From assembly GCA_963739305.1 (NCBI GenBank), contig CAVTZU010000008.1:16879-80878 (forward strand): 64,000 nucleotides of DNA. Reading direction: 5' to 3'. Positions 51,286 through 61,720 of the stretch are shown piece after piece. The notes beneath the pieces are model-generated. The model saw nothing but the letters and a program-made list of their open reading frames with translations. It was not told the origin of the DNA and searched no databases. This stretch comes from Candidatus Bathyarchaeota archaeon (GTDB lineage: Archaea; Thermoproteota; Bathyarchaeia; Bathyarchaeales; Bathycorpusculaceae). The translations under genes and the position numbers were made by a program. The stretch's first letter is position 1, and each line of letters opens with the position of its first letter.

Positions 51286-52050
51286 CTATTCGATTATTCG
51301 TCTGAAACTGACTGATGCAAGAATAAACAATATCACGTCGAAGATGGCTATTGCTGCCAAATCGATTGGAAGGTTTGTTAAGTCTCCAGTTATCAACAAT
51401 CCTCTCACGGCGTCAACTACGTAGCTTAAGGGATTGAAAGCTGAAAAATCCTTCAGGATCTGCGGCATGATTTGAACTGGATAGAGTGCGTTGCTTGCGA
51501 AGAAGAGGGGCATTATTATGGCTTGGCCTATTCCCATGAACCTTTCTCTAGTTTTCATGAAGGAGGCTGCGAGGATGGATATGGCTGCGAAACCTCCTGA
51601 AGCGAGGAAAATGATCACGAAGGCAAAGATGAAGTATGCTGGGTTAGGAATGAATTTGACGCTCATGATTAACGCGACTGGAATGACTATTAGGCCTTGG
51701 AATATTGCCCTCATGCCTGAGGCCATCGAGCGACCGATGACAGTCGCGTATCTGGAGGCCGGCGTGACGAGGAGTTTCTTGAGGATTCCTGAGTCTCTTT
51801 CCCAGACCATCATTAGCCCGTAGAATATGCAAAGGAAGGTTGTGGACTGAATAAGCACGCCGGGAGTGATGAAGTCTGTATAGGGTATGTTTCCAGTGGG
51901 TATTGCCCTTATGGAACCCATTACTGGTCCAAATATGACGATCCACAGGATGGGTTGAACGGCTCTGAAATAGAGTTCCGTTCTGTCATGTCTAAGTCGC
52001 CTCAACTCAAGCTCGATCATGACGAAAAAGGTTCGCACAGAGTCTCTCAA
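51286..52050 (-). CDS. ABC-2 type transporter permease
   Basis: FITPG, ERDSG.LKKLLVTP, FASNALYP, NPLSYVVDAVR. Confidence 0.92.
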   Translation of the reverse strand: MRDSVRTFFVMIELELRRLRHDRTELYFRAVQPILWIVIFGPVMGSIRAIPTGNIPYTDFITPGVLIQSTTFLCIFYGLMMVWERDSGILKKLLVTPASRYATVIGRSMASGMRAIFQGLIVIPVALIMSVKFIPNPAYFIFAFVIIFLASGGFAAISILAASFMKTRERFMGIGQAIIMPLFFASNALYPVQIMPQILKDFSAFNPLSYVVDAVRGLLITGDLTNLPIDLAAIAIFDVILFILASVSFRRIIE

Positions 52051-52052
52051 TA

Positions 52053-53051
52053 CTATCCTCTCCTGATCATGTCTCTGGTGTGCGTGACTTCGCTTATTCT
52101 ACCAGTAGTTTCAAGTCGGCTTCCAGCGTATTTCAGGAAGACATCGTCCAATGTTGGTTTCATTATGGAAATTTTCTCCAGAGGGATCTTCTCGTTCCTC
52201 AAAATTTCCATGGCCTCCACAAGAGTGGTTTCTGCATCTTCAGAGAGGATATTCAACTCGGTGCTGTTGACTATGACGTCTCTGACAGAGGTTAAAGTTC
52301 TTATTTTTTGCAGGGTCGTTTCTTTGACGTTGTTTCCAGCAAGGCTGAATGAGATGGTTTCTCCTCCGAGAGACCGTTTAAGTTCGTCTGCCGAGCCTAA
52401 CTTGACTATCTTTCCCTTGTCGATTATCGCGATCCTATCTGAGTAAAGGTCGGCTTCGTCCATGTAGTGCGTGTTGAAGAACACCGTCACCCCATACTCT
52501 TTCTTGAATGACGTGAGTGTCTCCCACACAACTTTCTTTGCTGAAGGATCCAACCCTATCGTCGGCTCGTCCAAGAACATGATCTTAGGCTTGATCAGCA
52601 TGGCACATGCAATTTCCAGTCTTCTGACCATTCCTCCGGAGTAAGCTTTCACGAGACTGTGAGCAACTTGACTTAGTCCCATTTTCTTCAATGAGTCGTC
52701 AATGATTTGTTTTCTTTCGTGAGAAGGAAGGCCGAAGATCTTGGCATAAATTAGAAGGTTTTCATACCCACTTATGTCTGTCCAGACACTCATTTCCTGT
52801 GGCACGTAGCTGATGAGTCTCCGTACTTTACCACCTTCGCGATCGACGTTTAACCCGAAAACATACGCTTCGCCGGCTGTAGGTCTTAGCTGCGTGGTCA
52901 GAATTCTCATCAGCGTAGTCTTGCCGGCGCCGTTTGGACCTAGCAGAGCGAAGGCTATGCCTGATTCCAAACGTAAGTCGATTCCATCCAATGCTCTGGT
53001 CGTGTGGTTGTAAATCTTGACGAGGTTTTTGACATCGACCGCGATTTCCAT
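52053..53051 (-). CDS. ABC transporter ATP-binding protein (DrrA-like)
   Basis: GPNGAGKT, YSGGM, LDEPTIGLDP, THYMDEA, PTLDDVFL. Confidence 0.94.
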   Translation of the reverse strand: MEIAVDVKNLVKIYNHTTRALDGIDLRLESGIAFALLGPNGAGKTTLMRILTTQLRPTAGEAYVFGLNVDREGGKVRRLISYVPQEMSVWTDISGYENLLIYAKIFGLPSHERKQIIDDSLKKMGLSQVAHSLVKAYSGGMVRRLEIACAMLIKPKIMFLDEPTIGLDPSAKKVVWETLTSFKKEYGVTVFFNTHYMDEADLYSDRIAIIDKGKIVKLGSADELKRSLGGETISFSLAGNNVKETTLQKIRTLTSVRDVIVNSTELNILSEDAETTLVEAMEILRNEKIPLEKISIMKPTLDDVFLKYAGSRLETTGRISEVTHTRDMIRRG

Positions 53052-53285
53052 CAGGTCTTCTCCAAGCTGGACGTTCGCTTCTGAATTCGATTACTTGGGA
53101 GATAATTGCGAAATAAATGTATCTATTCCGTCGGTTCTGCAATCTGCTATTTAGAAATCATTTGGACAAACCTTTCTGGGTCAGATTCTTGAGGTCTTTC
53201 GTAAGTCTATGCGCGCGTGAATACGTGCTGACCAAGGATGGCTTAACGTTCTTCAGGAAAAGAAAGTAGGGTAAAATTGCCAGGA

Positions 53286-54326
53286 TTAAGGTGTAATTGC
53301 GATTTTTATCTCGGTCTTCGAAGTGGACAATATCTCAAACGCGTCTTTGAGGTTTTCAAGCTTCATCGTTCGAGTTACGAGCGGTCGAACATCGATCGTT
53401 CTCGACGATATCAAACGGAGAGCCTTTCTGAAATGCAACGGAGTCGCGTGGAAAGTGCCGAGAACCTTTGTTTCGCCATAATGAAGCTGTTCCGCGTTGA
53501 CCTTCACCTCAGTGCCTGGAGGGCACCCGCCAAACTCGAGGACCGTTCCGCCTTTTCGCGCCAGTTTCAGAGCTTTTTCCCAGGTCGCTTGCAACCCTAT
53601 TGCCTCTATGACTACGTCGGCTCCGTATCCTCGGGTGAATTGTTTAACTTTTTCAATTTCATCCTCTTTCTTGCCGTTTATCGTTTCGTCAGCACCGATT
53701 TCCTTTGCAAAGTTGAGTCTTTCATCGACCAGATCAATCATCGCGACCTTTTCGGCACCCATCCTCTTGACCGTCAGTAGATGAAGCAACCCTATTGGTC
53801 CAGCGCCTATTATGGCGACGGAATCGCCCAACTTCACTCCTGCTTCTTCAACACCGTGAAGAACACAGGCCAACGGTTCGGCCAACGCAGCTTCTTCATA
53901 CGACACGTGCGGCGCAATCTCCTGCATATTGACCAGAACCATCCGTGCTGGAACCTTGATGTACTCAGCGTATGCGCCCCACAACCAGATCATGTTTTCA
54001 CAAAGGTTGTAGTTCCCTCTTTGGCACATGGTGCAATGTAGACAAGGGGCACTATTCCCTGCACGAATCCTCTGGCCTTTCACAGGCCATTCCAAACCTT
54101 GACCGACTTCAGAAACCTCGCCGGCCCACTCGTGCCCGAAAATTGACGGAAGCTTGATCACCTTTTCAACGTACCCTCGCTGATATATCTTCAGGTCGGT
54201 TCCACAAGTTGTGGCAGCCTTCACCTTCACGAGAACCTCGCCCATTCCAACGCGGGGAACGTCCACTTCCTCAATTCTGAGATCTCTGATGCCGTATAGC
54301 ATCGCCGCTTTCATTTTACTGTTCAT
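53286..54326 (-). CDS. Zn-dependent alcohol/polyol dehydrogenase
   Basis: CGTD, GHE, CxxCxxCx7C, EPLAC, GAGPIG. Confidence 0.9.
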   Translation of the reverse strand: MNSKMKAAMLYGIRDLRIEEVDVPRVGMGEVLVKVKAATTCGTDLKIYQRGYVEKVIKLPSIFGHEWAGEVSEVGQGLEWPVKGQRIRAGNSAPCLHCTMCQRGNYNLCENMIWLWGAYAEYIKVPARMVLVNMQEIAPHVSYEEAALAEPLACVLHGVEEAGVKLGDSVAIIGAGPIGLLHLLTVKRMGAEKVAMIDLVDERLNFAKEIGADETINGKKEDEIEKVKQFTRGYGADVVIEAIGLQATWEKALKLARKGGTVLEFGGCPPGTEVKVNAEQLHYGETKVLGTFHATPLHFRKALRLISSRTIDVRPLVTRTMKLENLKDAFEILSTSKTEIKIAITP

Positions 54327-54384
54327 TTCATTGCACTTCCACTTCAACCATGAAAATTAAGCTTATTCAGATTCTTCGTTTCGG

Positions 54385-55411
54385 TCATTTGTTCAGCACC
54401 ATTACCTTCAGGCTTCTCTCACCCGCTAGGGCAGTTTGGAAGGCCTCAGCGGTCTCTTGAAGCCTGAATCTGTGAGTTATCAAATCTCCAAGCCTAATTC
54501 TGCCTGACCGCATAAGTTCCAGTGCTGCTCTTGTCTCAAGGTGAGAGGTTGAGTAGGAGGGTATGATTTGCAGCTCTGAAAAGAACAGTTCTTTCGGGTG
54601 CACCTGAAGATACTCTTCCGGGTTCGTGGGCGCGAAGACGCAGAGTTTGCCACCCTTCCTGCATGCAGCAATACCCGCCTTGTAAGCCGCCAGGTTCGGA
54701 GCAGTCACAATCGCTATATCAACGCCTCTTCCCTCGGTTTCCGTCTTGACTACGTCGAGCATGTTCTCTTTTTTAGGGTTCACGACGACATCTGCTCCAA
54801 GTTTCCTGGCTAAACTCAATCGAAAATCGATCAGGTCACTCACTATTATCGGTGATGCTCCGTAGATTCTTGCAAGAGACGCAAGGATCAGGCCTGTTGG
54901 GCCGGAACCAATGATTGCTATTGAATCGCCTATATTTGTCCCGCACTTCTCATGGGCGCGGACGCAGCAGCCCACTGGCTCGATCAGTGTTGCCTGTTCA
55001 AAGGACATTTTTCTCGGGATTTTCAACGTGTCCAACCTGAGATTAGGCGCGGGGACTTTGAAATATTCAGCGAAGCCACCCGGCGTGATGTTTGTTTCGT
55101 GAAACTGCTTGACAAAGGGTATAGTCACCGTTGAGACAATAGTGACAAGTCATGCAGGCAACGTGATGGTGCACGAAGACCCGGTCGCCGACATCGAACT
55201 GACTTACGTTCTTACCTTTCTTTGCGACCACGCCGGCTGGTTCGTGTCCCAGAACGAGTGGTACGCGTTTTTCCAGATACCAGTCCATGAGGTCTGAACC
55301 ACAAACGCCGCATGCTTTCATGTGGACGAGAATTTCATCTTGCCCTATTCTTGGCTGAGGAATCTCCTCTATCCGTATGTCCTTCTGGCTGTAGTAGACG
55401 GCAGCTTTCAT
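54385..55411 (-). CDS. Zn-dependent alcohol/polyol dehydrogenase, frameshift near 55112
   Basis: CGSD, GHE, CMTCHYC, then PGGFAEY, EPVGC, GSGPTG. Confidence 0.88.
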
Positions 55412-55481
55412 TGGGGTTCATTGTCCTTTTGTTTAAGGAACTCGCAACTTTTTCCAAACCCAGATTGTACCAAGTCGGTTC

Positions 55482-56576
55482 CTACATTTTCTCGATTTTT
55501 TCTTTTACACTCCGCAGAAACTGAGCGGCGGGGGCTCCGTCAACGATCCTGTGATCGTATGCTAAGCTTATCATCATCGTCGGTCTGATCTCAACGCGTC
55601 CCTCGATTGCTGCTGGCTTTTCAGATATTTTGCCCACTGCAAGTATCGCGGCTTCGGAGAGGTTGATTATGGGGATGAAGAAATCAACTCCGTACATGCC
55701 CAGGTTGGTCACTGTGAAGGTTCCTCCGGTTACTTCTTCTTTCGACAGCTTTGCCTGTTTTGCCTTTTCCGTCAAGCCAACGACTTCGGTGTCGATGTCC
55801 TTCAGAGTTTTCTGATCCACGTTCCTTATCACTGGAACGACGAGTCCATTCTCGGTGGCGACGGCAACACCAACGTTCACGTCTTGGAAGATCTTGATCT
55901 TGTCACCTTCAAGACTGGAGTTTATTATCGGTACATCTCTCAAGGCTTCTGCAACGGCTTTGACGATGATCGAGGTGTATGAGACTTTGAGTCTATCATG
56001 GAGTTCTGCGGCGTTGGAAACGTCGACTTCCATAACAACCGTGCTGTGAGGAGCAGTCCTAAAGCTGGTCGCAAGTCGCTCGGCTGAGGTTTTCCTGAAA
56101 CCGCTGAGAACGATGACCTCTTTGATCTTGGGCTGCACTCCCGTTCTTGTTTCTAGGAATTTCTTTACGTCGTCTTCGTCTATTCGTCCTTCTGGCCCGC
56201 TTCCTGTTATCGTTGCCAAATCGATGCCTTGATCTTTTGCGAGACGCTTCGCTGCCGGAGACGCTAGGACTCGTTCTTGGCCTCCGGTCGTCATACTGGG
56301 CGAGGCTGGTCGGGTTTCAATTTGTGGTAGGGGCTCGTCTGGAGCAGTTATCACGGCCAGAACGGCGTTGACTGGGGCGTCGACTCCTGCTTCCACGAGA
56401 ATCTTCCTCAGCACGCCTGTTGCTGGTGATTCCAGGTCATAGGTGGCTTTTTCTGACACGACTTCGGCTATGGGTTCACCCTTCTCAACCGTTTCGCCTT
56501 GGTTCTTGTACCATTTCCCGACTGTTCCTTCCTTCATCGTTACGCTGAGTCTTGGCATGACCACGTCAGTTGCCAT
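55482..56576 (-). CDS. 2-oxoacid/acetoin dehydrogenase E2 (dihydrolipoamide acyltransferase)
   Basis: Lipoyl domain (SEKA), ASPAAKRLA..GSGPEGRI, DHRIVDG. Confidence 0.93.
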   Translation of the reverse strand: MATDVVMPRLSVTMKEGTVGKWYKNQGETVEKGEPIAEVVSEKATYDLESPATGVLRKILVEAGVDAPVNAVLAVITAPDEPLPQIETRPASPSMTTGGQERVLASPAAKRLAKDQGIDLATITGSGPEGRIDEDDVKKFLETRTGVQPKIKEVIVLSGFRKTSAERLATSFRTAPHSTVVMEVDVSNAAELHDRLKVSYTSIIVKAVAEALRDVPIINSSLEGDKIKIFQDVNVGVAVATENGLVVPVIRNVDQKTLKDIDTEVVGLTEKAKQAKLSKEEVTGGTFTVTNLGMYGVDFFIPIINLSEAAILAVGKISEKPAAIEGRVEIRPTMMISLAYDHRIVDGAPAAQFLRSVKEKIEKM

Positions 56577-56577
56577 T

Positions 56578-57559
56578 TCACACGATCTCCTTGATGGCTC
56601 GAATTATTGATTGCTCGTTGGGAATTATAAATTGTTCCAACGGAGGACTAAACGGAATAGGTGTGTCAGAAGCGGTCACGCGCTTTATGGGAGCGTCAAG
56701 ATAGTCTATTGCTTCCTCGGCCACCCTAGCGGCGATTTCTGCGCTTACTCCTGCGGTTTTGCAGTCTTCGCTCACTACAACAATTCTTCCGGTTTTCTTG
56801 ACGGATTTGATTATCGTCTTGGTGTCCAGGGGTGTGAGCGTTCTCGGGTCAATGACTTCAACGCTGATTCCGTCTTTCTCTAGAATTTGAGCGGCGTCGA
56901 GCGCCTTGTGAACCATGTAGAGGGTGGCGACGACTGTTACGTCGGATCCTTCCTTTTTCACAGCGGCTGCTCCGAAGGGAACCAGATATTCATCTTCAGG
57001 AACTTCGCCTTCAACCGGATAGAGAAGCTTGTGTTCGCAGAAGAAAACGGGGTTTTCACCGCGAATTGCAGTCTTAAGCAGTCCTTTTGCTTCGTACGGT
57101 GAGGAGGGCACCGCAACGTTGAGTCCTGGAACGTGCATGTACCATGCCTCCAGGCTCTGTGAATGATGAGACGCGAGATTAACGCCAGCGCCGAAAGGCG
57201 TTCTTACCACGAGTGGGCACGTGGCTTGTCCTCCGAACATGTACCGTATCTTTGCGGCTTGGTTTGCGATTTGATCCATGGCCAACGCCGTTAGGTCTCC
57301 GAACATGATTTCAGACGACTGGACGCATTCCTGTTATTGCGGCGCCGACGGCCGTACCGACTATTGCCGATTCTGATATCGGGGTGTCCCTTACTCTTTC
57401 GTCACCGAATTCCTGAGCCAATCCATCGGTCACTTTGAAGGCGCCTCCCCAGTATCGTCCGATGTCTTCGCCAAGCAGAAAGACCGATGGATCTCTCTTC
57501 ATTTCTTCCCTCAGCGCTTCTCGAAGCGCGTCTCGGTAAGTGATTTTTCGCACGGGCAT
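56578..57559 (-). CDS. 2-oxoacid/acetoin dehydrogenase E1 beta, frameshift near 57313
   Basis: GEDIG, DTPISE, HHSQSLE, EHKLLY, DAPIKRV. Confidence 0.92.
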
Positions 57560-57567
57560 CTCGCCTC

Positions 57568-58535
57568 TTAACCATAGACGTCTTCCAATGCCTCGTCCGG
57601 CTTTGGGTACGGACTGGCCAAGGCAAACTTTGCTGCGTCTTCCACCATCGCTTCGGCTTCCTTCTGGATTTTTGCTATTTCGTCTTCTTGAAGAACGTGA
57701 TCCTTCAATGCCTTGTCTTTTAGTCTTCGAATTGGATCTTTGGCCAACCACTCATCGACCTCTTCTTTTGCTCTGTACTTGCCGGGATCAGCGCGCGAAT
57801 GACCGCGACGCCTGTACGTCTTGCACTCCATGAGCGTTGGACCTTGACCTTTCCTCGCGTTATCGACGGCGCATACGTGCTGCCTCGTACACGGCTAGGA
57901 CATCATTTCCATCGACGCATACGCCTGGGATCCCATAGCCTGATGCACGGTCCGAGACGTTTTCGAATCCTCATCACTCTTGACTGTCGCGTTCCCATCG
58001 CGTAGAGGTTGTTCTCGCAAACGAAAATGACTGGCAAATTCCATATGGACGCGAGGTTCAGGCTTTCATGAAAGGTTCCTTGGTTTGAGGCGCCTTCACC
58101 GAAGAAGCATGCAGTGACCTGATCGGTATGTCTGAGCTTTGCTGAGAGACCAGCACCGACGGCTATCGGAAGCCCAGCGCCCACGACGGCCGTGGCGCCT
58201 AGCATGCCGACGTTGAAGTCGGCGATGTGCATTGAGCCGCCTTTTCCTTTGCAGTAGCCCGTTTCTTTTCCCAGGATTTCGGCCATGACTCGCTTCATAT
58301 CGGCTCCTTTTGCTATGCAGTGTCCGTGACCTCGATGGGTGCTCGTGATGTAATCATCATTTCGCAGATTACTGCACACGCCAACGGCGACTGCCTCTTC
58401 GCCGGCGTACAGGTGAATCGTGCCGGGAACGAGGTTTTGACCGTAAAGGTCGAAGACTTTTTCTTCGAAGAAGCGAATCTCAAACATCTTTTGAAGCATA
58501 TGAACGAGTAATTCCTTGTTCAGACTTGTTGCCAT
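57568..58535 (-). CDS. 2-oxoacid/acetoin dehydrogenase E1 alpha, several frameshifts at 57860-57965
   Basis: [29 protein letters not shown] (TPP motif), TYR..GHS..D. Confidence 0.9.
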
Positions 58536-58738
58536 TCGAGTGTTCTCCGTCTTTTAGCATGTTGATTCATTTGCTATAGACCCTTTCCACTAATATTATA
58601 CCGTTTCGCTCAGAGCAGGACGCGCCTACGTTGACGGTTAAGTTCAGGTGGATTCTGAATACTCATTTGTGCTCAGAATTTCCGTTTCTGAATTCTTATT
58701 AGGATTCAACATGAAATACGGGCGATCGGCGAAAAAAA

Positions 58739-59194
58739 TTGGCGAAGAAAAACGTAATCATATATGTAGCGGTTTTAGCATTAGCTGCCATAGTGATTGT
58801 CAGGGGTTTTCGCAGTTGTCACGTCAATCGAAAACTATCCCGAGCAACGGAACCATTGTAGGAGTAAACTTGGGCGTTTACCTAGACGCACCATGCACTA
58901 ATCAAGTGTACTCTATAAATTGGAGTGATGTGAGCCCTGGAAGTTATGTGACACAACGAGTCTACATCGTGAACAAAGGAACAACTGACATGACGGTGAA
59001 CTTGAGTAATGGCACTTGGAGTCCTGTTGAAGCGAACGAATACTTGACGTTAACATGGAACAAAGTCGGAGCGACTGTGCAACCAGGCGTGGGTAATGCC
59101 ACCTTAGCAACCCTGACTCTAACGGCCTCAGCGTCCTACCAAAATGGGACAGACCTTCACCGGTGACGTTATCATAACCGGAACGCATAACTAA
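58739..59194 (+). CDS. Exported beta-rich hypothetical protein, several frameshifts
   Basis: Hydrophobic signal across frames, then KTIPSNGTI..VNLGVY..INWSDVSPG..FTGDVIITG. Confidence 0.55.
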
Positions 59195-59395
59195 AACGCG
59201 AGTCCCCCAGCACCCATTTTCTTTTTGAACCGACACGAGTTTCCTAGCCATATTAGTTTGCCATGGTTCATTGCTCAGGAGAAAATGTGTTGAGAAGAAG
59301 TGTACCGAGCTGTTTCTCGAATTAGTCCGCGCATTTTATTCGATGTTTTTTCAGTGATTGTGGGCCCTCCCCTCCTAGGTTTCAATGTACCATGA

Positions 59396-59413
59396 ATATT
59401 TGGATCCAAATAT
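59396..59413. promoter_or_regulatory. Perfect 18-bp palindrome upstream of ychF
   Basis: ATATTTGGATCCAAATAT. Confidence 0.4.
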
Positions 59414-59542
59414 GCCCGACTCGAGAGTCTTTTTCTTTTGATTTGTTCTAGTTGGTTTTGCCAGCACAAACCATATAGAGTCTCGTACCAAGGTATTTAC
59501 CAATTGTAACAGCAGACTTGACCTAAGTATTGACAGCAGGGA

Positions 59543-60775
59543 GTGAGGGAGGTGCAGAGGTCCTATTCGAAATTGTTGGGAATCGTCGGAAAACCGAACA
59601 CTGGTAAATCGACTTTCTTCTGTGCAGCGACGCTGGCTCCCGCGGAGATCGCCAACTACCCGTTCACGACGATTAAACCCAACAGGGGAATAGGCTACGT
59701 TCGAACGCCTTGCGTCCACGAAGAATTCGACGTCACCGACAATCCTGCTAACTCCATATGCATGAACGGTGTGAGACTGATTCCTATTGATTTTATCGAT
59801 TGCGCAGGCTTGGTTCCAGGTGCGTGGGAAGGGAAAGGTTTAGGAAACCAGTTTTTGGATGAGATTCGCAAAGCCGACGCGCTGATACACATTGTTGACG
59901 CCTCGGGTGGAACGGACTGTGAAGGAAGACTGTGCAAGCTCGGTGAGAACGATCCTCTTGATGACGTGAAATTTCTGGAACACGAGATCACGATGTGGAT
60001 GAGCAGCATATTGAAGAAGGATTGGCCAAAGATTGCGCGGACAGCCGAGACAGAGTCCAAGGACCTTGCAGAAATGCTTGAAGAGCGGTTGAGCGGGTTG
60101 GGAATAAAGAGAAATCATATTCTTGAAGCCTTGAGAAAGTCAGGTCTCAGTGGGGAGAAGCCAACGTTCTGGAGTGATGAGGACTATCTTAGGTTTGTGG
60201 ACACGCTGAGACAAGTTTCGAAGCCCATATTGATCGTCGCTAACAAGATGGATCTGCCGACATCTGAGGCGAACCTTGCTCGATTGAAGGAGTCGAATCG
60301 CCTCGTTATCCCAGCCTGCGCGGAAGCCGAACTTGCGCTCCGACGAGCGGCAGAGAAGAAACTGATCGACTACAGGCCGGGAGACTGCAACTTCAACATC
60401 AGCGTTCCTGAAAAGCTCAACGAAAGCCAGATCAAGGCATTGGAAACTATAAAGCAGAAAATTCTGATTGAGATGGGTTCAACGGGAGTTCAGGAAGCCA
60501 TAAACACGGCCTATTTCAAGCTGCTCAGCATGATAACGGTGTACCCAGTCGAGGATTTGGAGCACTTGAGTGATCACATGGGAAGGGTTTTGCCTGATGC
60601 TTATCTGGTGCCGTACGGTACGACGGCGAGACAGCTTGCTTACATTATCCATACAGATCTGGGTCAGGGCTTCTTGTATGCCGTTGAGGCGAGGGAGAAA
60701 AAAAGGGTTGGAGAAGATTACGTGCTTAAAGATAGAGACGTTGTTTCTATAGCGAGTTCGCGCAGGAGAGCGTAG
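59543..60775 (+). CDS. ychF: Archaeal Obg-family ATPase/GTPase YchF with TGS domain
   Basis: GKPNTGKST, YPFTT, DCAGL, NKMD, IHTDLG. Confidence 0.93.
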   Translation: MREVQRSYSKLLGIVGKPNTGKSTFFCAATLAPAEIANYPFTTIKPNRGIGYVRTPCVHEEFDVTDNPANSICMNGVRLIPIDFIDCAGLVPGAWEGKGLGNQFLDEIRKADALIHIVDASGGTDCEGRLCKLGENDPLDDVKFLEHEITMWMSSILKKDWPKIARTAETESKDLAEMLEERLSGLGIKRNHILEALRKSGLSGEKPTFWSDEDYLRFVDTLRQVSKPILIVANKMDLPTSEANLARLKESNRLVIPACAEAELALRRAAEKKLIDYRPGDCNFNISVPEKLNESQIKALETIKQKILIEMGSTGVQEAINTAYFKLLSMITVYPVEDLEHLSDHMGRVLPDAYLVPYGTTARQLAYIIHTDLGQGFLYAVEAREKKRVGEDYVLKDRDVVSIASSRRRA

Positions 60776-60781
60776 GCAGGT

Positions 60782-61565
60782 CTACTCACCGAATCTTCTT
60801 TTGCGCCTTTGAAAGGTTCTCACGGCTCTCAAAAGATCGATCAAACGGAAATCTGGCCAATAAACGTCCAGGAAGAAGAGTTCGCTGTAGGCGGACTGCC
60901 ACAAAAGAAAGCCACTGAGTCTTTCCTCTCCTGACGTTCTTATGATCAGATCTGGGTCTTGCTGTGGCATGTGTGAAGTGTACAAGTACTGTTCGAATGT
61001 TTTCTCATCGACTTTTTCAGGGTCCAATTTGCCGTCGTGCACTTCTCGTGCTATTTTTCGAGCGGCGTCAACGATTTCCGCTCTTCCTCCATAAGCAAAA
61101 GCGAAATTCAAGAAGTGTTTGCTGTAGTTTTCAGTTGTCTTTTCCACTTCCCCTATCAGCTGTTGCAGCTCCTCAGGCAGCAAGCCGGTTCTGCCGATAA
61201 TTTTGACACGGACCTTGTCATTGTGAATCCTTGCGTCAGTCAGAAGCTTGCGGAACCATTCCTGTGCAATTCGCATGATTTCCTGAATTTCTGCGGAGGT
61301 CCGCCGGAAGTTTTCGGTAGAGAAAACGTAAAGTGTGACGGATTCAACGTCGAGTTTTAGGCACCAATCGAGAAGTTCTTCCACCTTCTCTGCGCCTCTT
61401 TGCGTGTCCAAGCCATGGATCAACGGTCTTCCCTGAAGCCCATCTCCTGTTTCCGTCCAGAATTATTGCTATGTGCTGAGGTTTGACGCCGTTGCTGACC
61501 TGTCGCCACAACCATTCTTCATAGAACTTGTAGGCGCCAATCGTTGAAAGCAAGGTTTTGAACAC
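60782..61565 (-). CDS. uppS: cis-prenyltransferase (polyprenyl diphosphate synthase), frameshift near 61410
   Basis: [45 protein letters not shown]. Confidence 0.95.
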
Positions 61566-61720
61566 TATTCGAACCTCATCATCATACAGACAAGGGCAAG
61601 GTCGTCTTGTGGATCATCGGTAAAAGTCGCGTGCTTTCAATTAAGAGTTTCTCCGAGTCTGGGGCAATTCATTTGATGCGGTCGCAAACTTCGGCAGCAG
61701 CAGAATGCTCGTTCTTTGGG

